A DNA stretch of 55,696 nucleotides, the filler included, from Catajapyx aquilonaris (taxonomy: Eukaryota): assembly GCA_000934665.2 (NCBI GenBank). It is 3 parts of 3 records of this genome, joined end to end, with 100 filler letters (N's around TTAATTAATTAA, not from the genome) between each part and the next. Parts side by side here need not be neighbours in the genome. Positions count along the whole stretch, not along the records: positions 18,654 to 37,114 come from JYFJ02006689.1; positions 37,215 to 55,696 come from JYFJ02006690.1; 1 more part is not named here. One strand, given 5' to 3'. This document shows positions 36,552 through 48,443 of this stretch, piece after piece; position 1 is the first letter of the stretch, and every line of letters begins with the position of its first letter. The notes under the pieces are model-generated. The model was not told where the DNA came from and ran no database searches. It was given only the letters and a program-made list of their open reading frames with translations. The translations under genes were made by a program, and so were the position numbers.

Positions 36552-37114
36552 TGGGTCATTCCATGTCAAATCATCACAGCGATTGGCCTTGACCCCTCAG
36601 ATTTTTATGAAACTAGGTGTGTCTAGTGTCCTTACATAGTTATGAATGAAAACCAAAAGAAATATTTTTTTTTGCCTACCATTCACGAGTTATTAAATAT
36701 TAAATATTCCAATTTTGACTAAAAATTGCTGCGTCTTGAAATACTCAAGTATTATTTTCTCAGGAACCAGATGAGATATAAACCTGGGGAATGTCTCATA
36801 TTGAAGGTCCTTCCATGGGCTTTAATTTAATATGTAACACGGCAGAGGTTATCATATTTATTAAAAAATTTAAACACAATTAAATCTTTAAATTTAAATA
36901 TTTCAAAAAATGATATTTTTAAAATTTTGAAAAAATTCCCAAAATTACTTTGTACTATCCTCTTGCATCTCCCAAAGTTTCATTTTGGGATCGCAATGGG
37001 ATCAGGTGATACAGAGCGTACACGTTTCACACATGCCAGAAAATACCCATCATACCGAGTAGAGGTTTTCACAAAAGTCACTTATTGCCAGTAGCATCAT
37101 TCCCAGGTTCAGGG
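36552..37114. mobile_element. Left part of a GGGTCATTCC-terminated DNA element
   Basis: Begins GGGTCATTCCATGTCAAATC, matching the terminus at 19190-19207, and runs into the gap. Confidence 0.55.
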
Positions 37115-37214
37115 NNNNNNNNNNNNNNNNNNNNNNNNNNNNNNNNNNNNNNNNNNNNTTAATTAATTAANNNNNNNNNNNNNNNNNNNNNNNNNNNNNN
37201 NNNNNNNNNNNNNN
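37115..37214. other. Assembly gap with artificial six-frame-stop linker
   Basis: N44-TTAATTAATTAA-N44. Confidence 0.95.
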
Positions 37215-39228
37215 GTGCAATTTTTAGGGGGGGGGGAGGTAAGAAATTGTCCGCTTCTGTCCGCAAAGGGGAGGGGGGGAGGTAAAAAAGTGAAAAAATC
37301 TGTCCGCGCGGATTATGGACGGCCCCTAACCAGCTGCAGGCCAAAGTGTCCTGCAGACACTTCCACAGCGACGTCATTCTTCTTGGACTCCAGCTGGCTC
37401 TAACTCCATCCAGGATCCGCAGCTCCATTGTTTATAGCCCGCCAGGTACACTTTCTCTCTGTCCAGCAAGAATAGTGTATGATGCAACATTTTCATTGTA
37501 GCGGTGCACACCACCGAAGCACTATCAACGCTGAGGGAAGTCTATCGAGTCAGCATATCTTTTTTGGAAAAAATGTGGCATTATGTGGTATTGAGATGAA
37601 GTGAGTCTATAACTAGGGAGTCTAGTCTTTCGTTTAATGTGCGATTCGAAGTGAAATATTGTGAAATCCGTTACTTTTCGTCTTTGAAGTCAAATCAATG
37701 ACGTTACGACAAATACGCAGGATGGAGGCCTCAACAAAGGAGCGCCTGGGACGGATATTTCAAGGTTACATTCAAATTGCTACATGAGAGTAAGTAGTGC
37801 TTAGGCAGAAGTATTTTATGCACAGCTTAAAACCCAGATGAGCCTAAATGACCTTTCTTCCATGCCATTCGAAGCCGACTGAATAGACACAAAAAGGTGG
37901 CAGGCGAACACTTGACGTGAGTACCTGCCTCCGCCATGAAACTCATCTCAATTGAACCTACCAAGGGTTTTTTTTTAATTATTGTTCAGACATTAATTTC
38001 TTACATTATGGCAGATTTGGCACGACTCTGCCAACTTGGTTTTACCATGTTTGTCCAAGTGTTCTTGCGTTTGGACACACTGTGCAATGCCCTAAGGTGG
38101 CAAGTAGAAGCTATAAAACTACGATTTTTGAGGTCCTTGTGTTACATTATAACTGATAAATATTTTGGTTCCAGTCTTGTACGTATACAGAATGAAATGT
38201 AGGTAAAAACATAGAAATCCAGTCTTTAGTGATAATAAACACCAATGTGAATGGCCGAGTAAAAAGATAAACCGCTTAAAGTTACAAAGACTGTAAATTT
38301 TAAGTGCTTCTGAGGATACAAGTAACAAATTTTTGTCGTGCATGGATGACGAGAAGAATATTGTCAAGTGGCGCAATGATTAAGGGGGGCATAATTATAG
38401 AGAATCCGGACTTCTTCGAGTTACAACTCTGGCCGAAAGAGGAGACAGTGGATCCCACCCTCCCTACACAAAGGAAGGGTCACGTTTGTGGTTGACCAGT
38501 ACCTCTAGGCACATTAAAAACCGTGAAAATTAGGGTTCCCCCAACTTCTAGTAGTTCTCAAATCAGTCAAATTTTGACAAAATTATTATTTGCCGAAAGG
38601 TTATAGCTAAATATAAAAATCGGATTCACAGGTCCGGAGCACCTCATTTTTCTGCATTTTTGGGTGCTTGTTACGACATCACTTAAAATTTTATGATGGC
38701 GTAAATATTACTCCCGAATGCAAATGACTTTTTAAAATACTACATTAAGAATGTGGGAAAAGTACAGCACACATGTGCAAGAGAGAGGTCAGTTACACTT
38801 ACACACACAAAAAAAAAAATCGGTTCTGTTGTTAGTTAGCGAGAACTTTACTCCCAAATTCTCTTTATCCAGAAATAATTTTAAAACTGTCACTTCAACA
38901 AATTAGTACTGCAAAGTGCCATTAAGAAGCCGACTTGAGCAAGTACGGTATATAATGTACAGTATATGACTCCTATTGAATAACAAGTAACATTTATTTA
39001 ATTAATTATTAAATTTATTTAATATTTCATCATATTATTCTGGTCAAGTACAAGATGTGAGACGCTCCTTGACCTTACAGTATTTCAGGGACATTCTGCA
39101 TGTGAGATATTGGTCAGTATATCCCATAATATATGATACGATTCTCCTCCAGACGTGGGTGCTGATGACGTGGGGAACAGCCGGGATTTGCCAAAAATTG
39201 TTATATCTTTTTGAGACAGGTTGTAATT

Positions 39229-39577
39229 GTTTTTTGTTTTTTTTACGTTACCCCGTGATAAGGCTGAGCCTTTTTAGGGGGATGGAATACCACCATTTCA
39301 CTCCATTTTCCTATATTAACTTCATTCACCAGTGCAAGGAGTCAAGGATGTAGGGTAGGGATAGGGATTTTCGGGGAGGGAACATTGGTGTAAGTGCAAT
39401 GTTGGTAAAGGGGTCATGTGCTGTTCCCCAGGAGGTTAGGTTGCCAGACACCTCCAAGGTGCAGGTCAGAGACCCTCCTGACGCAGGTGAAAGGAAAGTT
39501 CCCCAGGCGGGGATCGAACCTGGGGCCTTTCACTCAGCAAGCCGAGACGTTACCATCTCGGCCATCTACACCTCCCC
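39229..39577 (-). mobile_element. tRNA-derived SINE (family C)
   Basis: Head TGGCCGAGATGG...GGTTCGATCCCC on the minus strand, with 14-bp TSD GACAGGTTGTAATT. Homologous to the copy starting at 54088. Confidence 0.85.
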
Positions 39578-39802
39578 GACAGGTTGTAATTAGGCAGGTA
39601 CAGTATATAGTGTATACGGATATGTAGCACGTAAGTCCGCTTGCAGATCGAGACCAACCAGTGGGAATGTCCAATGCACGACTGGAGGAAGTGTAATCCA
39701 TCACATTTCAACCAGTACCATTGTTGGAGGTGTCAACTTGTAGGCAGTGCCAGATTTACACCCNCCCCCCCCCCCCCCGGCCACCCTTAGGCAGTTGAGA
39801 TT

Positions 39803-39845
39803 CTCCTCCTCCTCCTCCTCCTCCTCCTCCTCCTCCTCCTCCTCC
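39803..39845. repeat. (CCT)n microsatellite
   Basis: Read directly from the sequence. Confidence 0.95.
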
Positions 39846-41019
39846 CCAGCGAAAGAATGCGTCACTTTTTCTAACAATGAATAACTCGCAGATTGCATTG
39901 TGACTCATTCTTGCGGGAATTGTTTCGCTGGACAAACTATATTGTACAGGGTGACTCTAAATAAATGTTTGGACACATAAATCATACAATATACACATGC
40001 AATATAATTACCTATGAGCCAAACTGTCTAGACACTTCTCCACTCTGTATTCACATAGTGACATGCACACACTATTGCCCCATAACTGTCCGACTTTTAG
40101 GCACAGGGCATTATTTAAAACGGCTTGCAATGTAGGTAAGATTTTCTGGCCCACTCCTACTGTTGGCATCCCTGGTTGATGTGTAGGCTATACACTGAAG
40201 GTCAGTCTCCATGGCAAACAACAATAAAGTGAAGGAATCAATCTTGTTTGAAATCAGTCAAACAAAGGATCCTGTCGAGAGTGGACGTGCTTCTTAGAAG
40301 TTCTGTATCAGACGTCCCCCAGATCAGAAGTCAACATACTGTGAGGCGTTGAGCTCCTGTCTGCTCATTTTACAAGTAGGAAATTACATGATAAGTCCAA
40401 TATGCATTCAAACCTGATAGTTCAAGCCTGCCTGGCCTTTTTGCATGAGAAGTTTGCATAGCTCCTGCATGGGTGGAGCCAAGTTTGTAATATGTCGCTC
40501 AAGACAGAATGTGTCAATTAATTTCATGGGAGTTAGCTGTCATAATAACACAGTAGGTCCTGACCACGATCCAGGGGTATATTTACTCTATGATCCTGAC
40601 ATGTCAGTAGTTCAAGTCTGACTGATGCGACACCTGCATGGTAGCTTTAGTGCAGGCTTTGGTGAATGCTGACGTGTTATTACTTGTCGAGCATGCCATC
40701 CGCTCTCGTCCAAGGAACACGTCCCCAATCTTGTTGGTTGTACAGTCCAATTAGGCACAGGCACTTGCAAAAAATGAAATGGGGTGGGGACTCAACGAGG
40801 CCGGGTGTGTGGTTGCACATTGCATTTAGCGCAGGGGCTGTTGGCCTGTGGGCGGCCACAGGACAGGCATATTCAGGGACGAAAAGAATTCCATGTGGCG
40901 TTTATCTCTCCTGCTACCTCTTTGGCTTCTATGCAATTCGCGATTTTGGGGAAAGAGGGCAGGGTGGGGGAGGAGTGAGTATCTCTGTAACTGGCAGGTT
41001 TATGTTGCATTGGATACTA

Positions 41020-41766
41020 AGGGTCATTCAGATGAAAATGAGCCACAGTCATAGAGCAAATTTTCAGATTGGTTTGTCGCGACATCTTGTACCCAAAAGG
41101 AAGGCTGTATGGTGTAGTAATTGGCCATTCGATCACGCGACACAGTCGCAGTGTACTTTTGTTCAGGACCCCCCCCCCCCCCCCCCCCCCCCTNTCTCTC
41201 TCTCTCTCATTAAAGAGACCGAACAGTCAGATATGGAAGCAACGAATGTTAATCAGCCAGCTGTAATCCGATTTTGAACCCCTGAGGGTGTCAGCAGTAC
41301 AGAAATCCATCTCCGTATGAGTAGGCCTACTGACTGTACAGTGTACGAAAACTGCATATCTTTGTTTTTTAGGGCCTGGAGTAAGCAGTTAAGAGAGGGA
41401 TGGTCATCGTTGACAGGTAATTCCAGGCCAGGGCAAGCAGACCGCTTACCCCAGGCTCTAACATGTGAGGAAGACATACAGTTTTCATATGGAGATGGAT
41501 TTCTGTACTCCCTACACCTTCTGCGGTTCAAAAACAGATTACCTCGCACAGATCAACATTCGTTGCTTCCATATCTGACTGGACGGTCTCTTTGATTGGG
41601 GTGGTCCTGAACAAAAGCACACTGACTGTGTCGAGTGCGAATGGCCAACTGTCAGTGTGTCATAATACTACACCGATACAACCTTCATTGTGGGTATAGG
41701 ATGTCATGACAAACGCATCCTAAAATTGGCTATATGACCGTGGCTCGTTTTCATCTGAATGACCCT
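41020..41766 (+). mobile_element. Internally deleted mariner element
   Basis: TA|AGGGTCATTCAGATGAAAA ... TTTTCATCTGAATGACCCT|TA. Remnant N-terminal HTH: MEATNVNQPAVIRF*TPEGVSSTEIHLRM...VYENCIS...WSKQLREGWSSLTGNSRPGQ. Confidence 0.85.
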
Positions 41767-41883
41767 TATAAAATAATAGTCGCCAATGCAGTATCAATGT
41801 AATTTTGGTTCCTGATTTTCTTGTGTTCCCATTAGAGCTTTTCGCTGGACCCACTTTTGACGAAGTTCACAAAACCTGAGGCC

Positions 41884-44800
41884 ATGGACCATGGTATTGG
41901 CAACCAGTCACCTCACCAGGGAGGCCAACAGGCCCGCTCGCAGGACCTTCCCGACCCTTCTGGTCCTCCAGTTGGGGTCCCCATTCCCTCTGCTAAGGCA
42001 GGTGCCATTCTCCCAACCTTGGAAAGGAATGTAACTGGAGATGGCCTCCCTCCAGTTGTGATGTCAATTGTAAACTCGGGCTTGTCCGCGGAAGCGCAGG
42101 AGTTTTACCCGAAGTCATACTCCCAGCCCCAGGAATACCCCCATGAAGAGGATGGAGTGAACAGTGGAGTAGACAGTGGTCTTTCAAAAGCAGACAATGC
42201 TTTCCTCATGGAGGTCAGCCACATGATCACCGAGCTCACCAAGAAGCCGGACTTCTTTGACTTATTTGTTCCTGCTTATGTCAACCTCTTCGGAGGGAGG
42301 TTCAACTCACCTGAGGTATGTGTAGGGTGTGTTAAGCCTTTCGGTCAAGAGACATGGAATACATGTTTGCATTTTGTACTTAATTATTGGAATCTCCTCC
42401 CAGGCACTCCGTTACGCAGTGCACATGATATTTGAGCAAGCCATTGAGCAGACCAACTTCCGGTACACTGGTGCCAGGCTCTGCCAGACTCTCTCCAGGC
42501 CAGGACGCAGGGGCAGAAAATTCAGACGTGCCCTCATCAAGAGGTAATAATGGCTGACCCATATCTAATGGGGGCACATTGCATGAAGTGAACTGGTTAT
42601 CTGACAAACTGACATGAAAAAATAGCATGGAAAGGTGAGGCAGTCTAACAAGGGGAACCGTGATGTGTCACTAACGGATTTGGACAAAAATCGCTCAGTG
42701 GGTAAATCACATGCGTAGAATTCACTGGTGAATGTAAAAACACACACTTCGCAGCCATTTTCGAGATATGAGTGACGTCAGATCCGGCATGCTCAATATA
42801 GTTCATCCTCTTGCTCCCTTTTTAGACTTTTTATCATCAATGAAAAAAAGTCTTTTAGAACGGCTCTGTCTGTCCGTCTGTTGACAGGTATCAGGACCTC
42901 AACCACAACAGATAGCGGAAAATGGTTTTCAGATTCGGATTAAATGTGACCTAAATAGGTGTCATGGCCAACTTCCGGTGACCCGCCACTTCTGGTTTTC
43001 CAGGTTCACTCTATCTGCACAAGTCTACTTCAGAGTTTGAGACCAATGCCCCAGTCCTGTGACAGATAATAGGGGTTCCACTGTAATCGTTTGTAACAAT
43101 TTGTAAATTTAGGACTATTAAACTTGAATTCGAGTACCGGTATGCATACTTCATTGTCAATGTTACTTTCTTTGGGGAAAAATTACCCGTAAAGTTTCAT
43201 ACTTGAAAGAATGAGAAAAAGTCTATTCTAATCACACCCATGTGATTTGCCAATCTTGTTTTGTCCCCTTCTCCCTCCTGCCTTTTTCTAGTCTTGCAAA
43301 ATATATCGATATATTGATATGTGAAGTCACACTCATCGTATCATACACACATACGTACATGGTACATACATACATACATATATACATCACGGCTTTTCCC
43401 AAATATTGGGGTGCCACCGGATAATGAGGAGCAGGTCCTCCTTACACTCACATGACCATTATAATTATATAAAAAGAAAATCTGGAGCCTGGTCAGGTAC
43501 CCGCAGATAATTGGGGGGGGGGAGTACAANGGGGGGGGAGGGAGAGAGAGAGAGAGAGAGAGAGAGATACAACAGATTGCCGACAGTTCGGCGGTGTCCA
43601 AGGCGGTGTCCCAGGTGACGTCCACCAACAAAGGACGGGTGTGGCAGGAGTACCATCTCATTCGTATGGATACCGGGTCTCCTGCTATTCTGTATATTTC
43701 TCTCATTTATCAATTCCCGTGCAAAGAACGGGTCTCCTGCTAGTATATAGTAAATAAAGGGATCCAGTATATATTGCCCATTTATTGTGCTTATTATAAC
43801 TAACTTATTAATTAGGCTAAAGCATGTGCCACATGACATTGAATTGCAGTATGTGCAGCCAAAAATGAAATCAGGTTAAGAACTTGACTAGAAAAAGAGT
43901 GGAGGGAGTAGGGGACAAAACAAGATTGGCAAATCATGTGAGCGTGATTAGAATATACTTTTTCTCATTCTTTCAAGTATGAAACTTTACGGGTAATTTT
44001 TCCCCAAAGAAAGTAACATTGACAATGAAGTAGTCTAATTCAAGTTTAATCATACAAAATTTACAAATTGTTACAAAAGATTACAGTAGAACCCCTATTA
44101 TCCATCACGGGACAGGGGCATTGGTCTCAAACTCTGAAGTAGACTTGTGCAGATAGAGTGAACCTGGAAAACCAGAAGTGGCGGGTCACCGGAAGTTGGC
44201 CATGACACCTATTTAGGTCACGTTTAATCAGAATCTGAAAACCGTTTGCCGCCTATTTGTTGCGGTTGAGGTCCTGATACCTGTCAACAGACGGACAGAC
44301 AGAGCCGTTCGAAAAGACTTTTTTTCGATGATGATAAAAAGTCTAAAAAAGGAGCAAAAGGATGAACTATATTGAGCGTGCCGGATCTGACGTCACTCAT
44401 ATCTCGAAAATGGCTGCGAAGTGTGTGTTTTTACATTCACCAGTGAATTCTACGCATGTGATTTACCCACTGAGCGATTTTTGTCCAAATCCGTTAGTGA
44501 CACATACACGGTCTTCCCTTGTACGTGCAAGTCACAGAATGGCATGTCTGCCTCTGCCTCATCACCTTGACCTACTTTGCATTGCTGCATGGAGTAATAT
44601 TATTCTTGTTCTATGAGTTTGCACTACAATAATTGTGTAACTCCTTGTTGATTCCTCTTGACATTTCTTCTTTTATGCTATCATGTGCAGGGAGATTGTC
44701 TGTGAAATAACTCTTGGTGCCTGTTTGTTTCACATGGCTTTCTCCTTTCGACTAGATGCCAGGACGAGAATGAGAGGAGGGAGTCTCTTGATCCTGAGCG

Positions 44801-47800
44801 CTTGAGAGGCTACACAATGTTCCTGGCAGAGCTGTACATGCAGATGGAGGTGAGGTCCAGCGAGGCTGTCATTCAAATGACTGAGGTGCTAGTTCAGGAG
44901 CTCTTGGGCCTACTCCACACAATTCTAGCCTTCCAGCCCAACAGGGATGGGATCAAAACCATCTGCCAGATTCTGAAGGTGAGAAAATTAAGTTAGGACT
45001 TGTGTATATGTTATGGACAAGTGAAAGAGAGAGCAGGCAGAGTCAAATTATGATAATGTTTGTATGGTGGTTCAACAAACAAGAAGTGGCATCATATTGG
45101 ACATGCTATGATTATATCACCGAAGCAGTTTGGAGGAGGGGATATGGTGTCCGACTGCTAATCGGGAGGTCCTGGGATCAAATCCCAGGGCCGGCAACTC
45201 TGACCGTGGTTTTCTGTGGTTTCCTATGGTCCTTCCAGGAAAATTCCGGAGTTGCTTCCGTAATTAATAGGCCACAGCCGCTTCCTTCCATCCCTATCCT
45301 ATCCCAAAGAGCACAGTAAAATGAAAAGCAAAGAGTTCCAGACAAAACAAACTTCCCCCCTAAAGAGCCGATGGCTGATAACGGGTATGAATTATTCATT
45401 ATTATTGTTATAATTATATCAAAATTGTTCTTCTGAGCAGACAGGTCCATGTCCTTGAGGAAAATTCAAATAAAGGTTTAGGCCAAATTACCTGATAGAA
45501 CATTATGGTTAATCATTAGTGTAATCACAAGTCCTACAAAATGTAAGTGTGAAAGGTTACTTTAGTTTATAGAAATAAATTGCTTCATGGTGGTCTTGCA
45601 TGGTTCTGTTCATCCAGCCAGCCACAAATAGTGATGCCATAGGCCTGTAATTACAGGCCTATGGCACTGACCCATCACTAATTTGCTATGGTAGAATGAA
45701 TTGAAAATTCATGCACGTATGTCATTGATACTTGGTGCAGTGTGCGGTTAAAGGCAGGGACAAGGGCATACCTGTTGTTGTTTTTTCAGTAAGTTACATT
45801 CTCATTCGTAACAGGTGTGTTCAATGAAACATAAAGTAAGACAATATCTCAGGAGCTATTTGTCCCAGCTGAGCGCTATTGATATCTCTGAGAAGGCACT
45901 TGCGCACCTAATTTTCACGCAGAGTAGTTAGTAGTCATGCATATGCATGTAGTGAGCAGGAGAACATTTTATGCAAGTCTCCCAGGACTATGGATTCGTC
46001 CAAACATGCACAACTTGCCATCATCCTTTTTCCTCATCAAGGAAGGAACTTAACCAGTGGACATCATCAATTGGATGCAGGAGATGCGTGGGAATGTCTG
46101 TTTCAACCACAAGACTCTCTTCAAAAGTTCTAAGGAATTTCTGTCCAAATGTGTGTGCATGGAGGACCTTTCGAGAGAGCATTTCCTTAGTGGTTTTCTG
46201 CACCACTGTCCACCAAGGTGTTGTGGTTGAAGCAGGCTTTCCGACATGCCCTTGGCATCCAATGGACAATGTCCACAGGTGAAGTTCCTTCCTTGATGAG
46301 GAAAAGGGATGAAGGTGAGTTGTGCCGGCTTGGACGAAACCATAGCCCAGTGGATCTTGCATAAAATGCTCTCCTGCCCACTACATGCATGCTGACTACG
46401 AACTACTCTGCATGAAAATTAGCCTTGCAAGTACCTACTCAAGAGATACCACTAGCACTCAGCTGAGACAAATAGCTCCTGAGATATTGCATCACTTTGT
46501 TTCATTTGAATCTACTTATACTTTGCAGCTCTGTGGTTACCAGATGGAGGAGGACAAGTGCAACTTGTCATCCCTGTTGGACGACATGAAGTCAGTAGTC
46601 AATAGGCTGGATTGGAATGACCGCCTGACACAGGACATGGTTAAGACGGTTATGGAATTGCAGAGATGCAACTGGGGCAGGGTAGAGGATTTGGGTGGAG
46701 AGGGACACATGTATGATATGGGTGGCGGGGGAGATGCTGTGATGTATGGGCCGGATGGCCAGGTTCTTGGCCAAGATGAGTGGGACTTCCTTAACAGCTT
46801 GCAAGGAGGTGAAGTGGAGGAGTACCCTGAGGAGGATGGCTGGTATGTGGTTCTTCATTTCACTGTTAAAGGCCCAACTTGCATGTGAAACAACATCGGC
46901 ACATTTGTTTCTGGTCCAGATCAGCCCTGTTCAATCTCATTTATGACCAACAGAAGTCAATGCTGCATCTCTAGTTCGCAGGTCTCTAATTATATGGTGT
47001 CATGCATCAAGATTTGTTGTAATTTCAAATAGGGTAAGTTGGGGCAAGTGCAAAAATGGGGCAAGTGCAGAATTGCTTCTGGCTTCTAATATGTAACACG
47101 AGGTGGCAGAAGCTATCGAAAATCACATAAATGTTCATGACAACTTCTGCCTATTCAGCTAAATGCAGCACGATAATCTCTCTTTCGTCACATTGATAAA
47201 AGATTACCACCAAGCTCAAGTTGTTGTTTCAACTTTTCCGGGGAGTATATATCATTTTCAGAATTTCTGACGAGTCTTGAATCGCATGCTACGTAACTGC
47301 TCTGGCACTGTACATAAGAGGTTAAGGTGTACTATCACACTGTTATTGTTCTGTTGCCATAATCAGGCTGGTTTTCAAAAAGGGGGCTGTACTTGCCCCT
47401 AACTAGACATCGTCAGGGGCAAGTGCATACCCAATTAATACGGGTATATGGATCTAAATGCAATTTTGGAGGAATAAAGCTAACAGTCGCCAAAAGAGGC
47501 GACAAGACATCTTTTTGTGGTCACCAATGGATATTCCATTACTGGCTAATTTCGAACACTGCACTGGTGTGAAAACACTTCCACATAATGCATTTTAATA
47601 AGATAATGTCAGTACTGTTAGCTAACCTGTTGCGGAGCAGTGAATAAAAGGTTGTCCTGTAAGAACTTCTTGGGATTTTTTATTAGGGAAAAAGAGACTG
47701 ACAGAGGAAGTTTGTGTCTTTGTGGCACTAGCCCTATGCAACCCGAGCAATTTTTATTACTCTGAGAGAATTCCTCAATCGCACTTACTCCATATCATGG

Positions 47801-48443
47801 GGGAAGTGTGGCACTGTGCACCACATGCATATTTTAATTATTTTTCGGAGCACCCACATAGATGAATGTTATACAATAGACCACTTTGAAAGCCAATAAC
47901 ATAAGGTGTATTGTCCAGTACTTTTATTTCTCACGTGAAATCCAAATGTTTGGGCGAAAATCGATTGTTACTTTCGCCCCAAACAATTGGATGAGATTGT
48001 TGATCAAATCGCTCACATGTAAATGCAGCTTTACCCCAACTTACCTTATGTTACTGTTTGATATGCAAAGCCTCAGATCTGCAGATTTAGATGAAAGTAT
48101 TTATCTTCATAAATATATACAACATTGAGGTGCATAACTCTATTCTGTGGATACCAACAATTCACCATTTTTTAGTCGTCAATGCATGGATTGATGTTAG
48201 ATGATGTACTGTACCTGTCCACACAAAACCTTCCGGTTGGCTAATTTTAATAGAACCAACTTAACTTGGTGTATCATGCCTCTGAAACTTCCATGCAGTT
48301 AGGTTTGAAAAATATAACAATGTTCTATTTCCCGTGTCATTCACAGCGCTGTAGGCTCTGACTCCCTGGGGGATGATGAAATGGACGATGAGGCCTTGGA
48401 GGATTATGAAAATTTCCTGAAAATGACCAATCAGATACCCTGA
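41884..48443 (+). CDS. PAIP1: Polyadenylate-binding protein-interacting protein 1, 401 aa
   Basis: Exons 41884-42315, 42404-42543, 44756-44978, 46529-46842 and 48347-48443, all GT-AG with consistent phases. PAM2 motif SGLSAEAQEFYP. MIF4G domain (IFEQAIEQTNFRYTGARLC; FLAELY; ICQILKLCG; ELQRCNWG). YGPDGQVL. Acidic PAM1-like end DDEMDDEALEDYENFL. Confidence 0.92.
42649..44521. mobile_element. 1.9-kb foldback element with ~640-bp inverted arms in a PAIP1 intron
   Basis: 42649-43295 is the near-identical reverse complement of about 43883-44521. Confidence 0.9.
45120..45410 (+). mobile_element. tRNA-derived SINE (family D)
   Basis: Near-identical to 51318-51595. Anticodon-like TCCGACTGCTAATCGGGA and TSD ATTATATCA. 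Confidence 0.88.
45843..46488. mobile_element. Palindromic MITE ending 40 nt before a PAIP1 acceptor
   Basis: AATATCTCAGGAGCTATTTGTC ... GACAAATAGCTCCTGAGATATT, with arms of about 270 bp. Confidence 0.88.
47032..48046. mobile_element. TA-flanked DNA transposon remnant (pogo-like)
   Basis: TA|GGGTAAGTTGGGGCAAGTGC ... GCTTTACCCCAACTTACCT|TA, with internal GGGGCAAGTG repeats. Confidence 0.65.

Noticed and set aside
40666..41277. 203-aa ORF
   Set aside because: It runs across a mariner TIR and a poly-C tract with an N, has no domain motifs, and only its last residues are transposase-derived.
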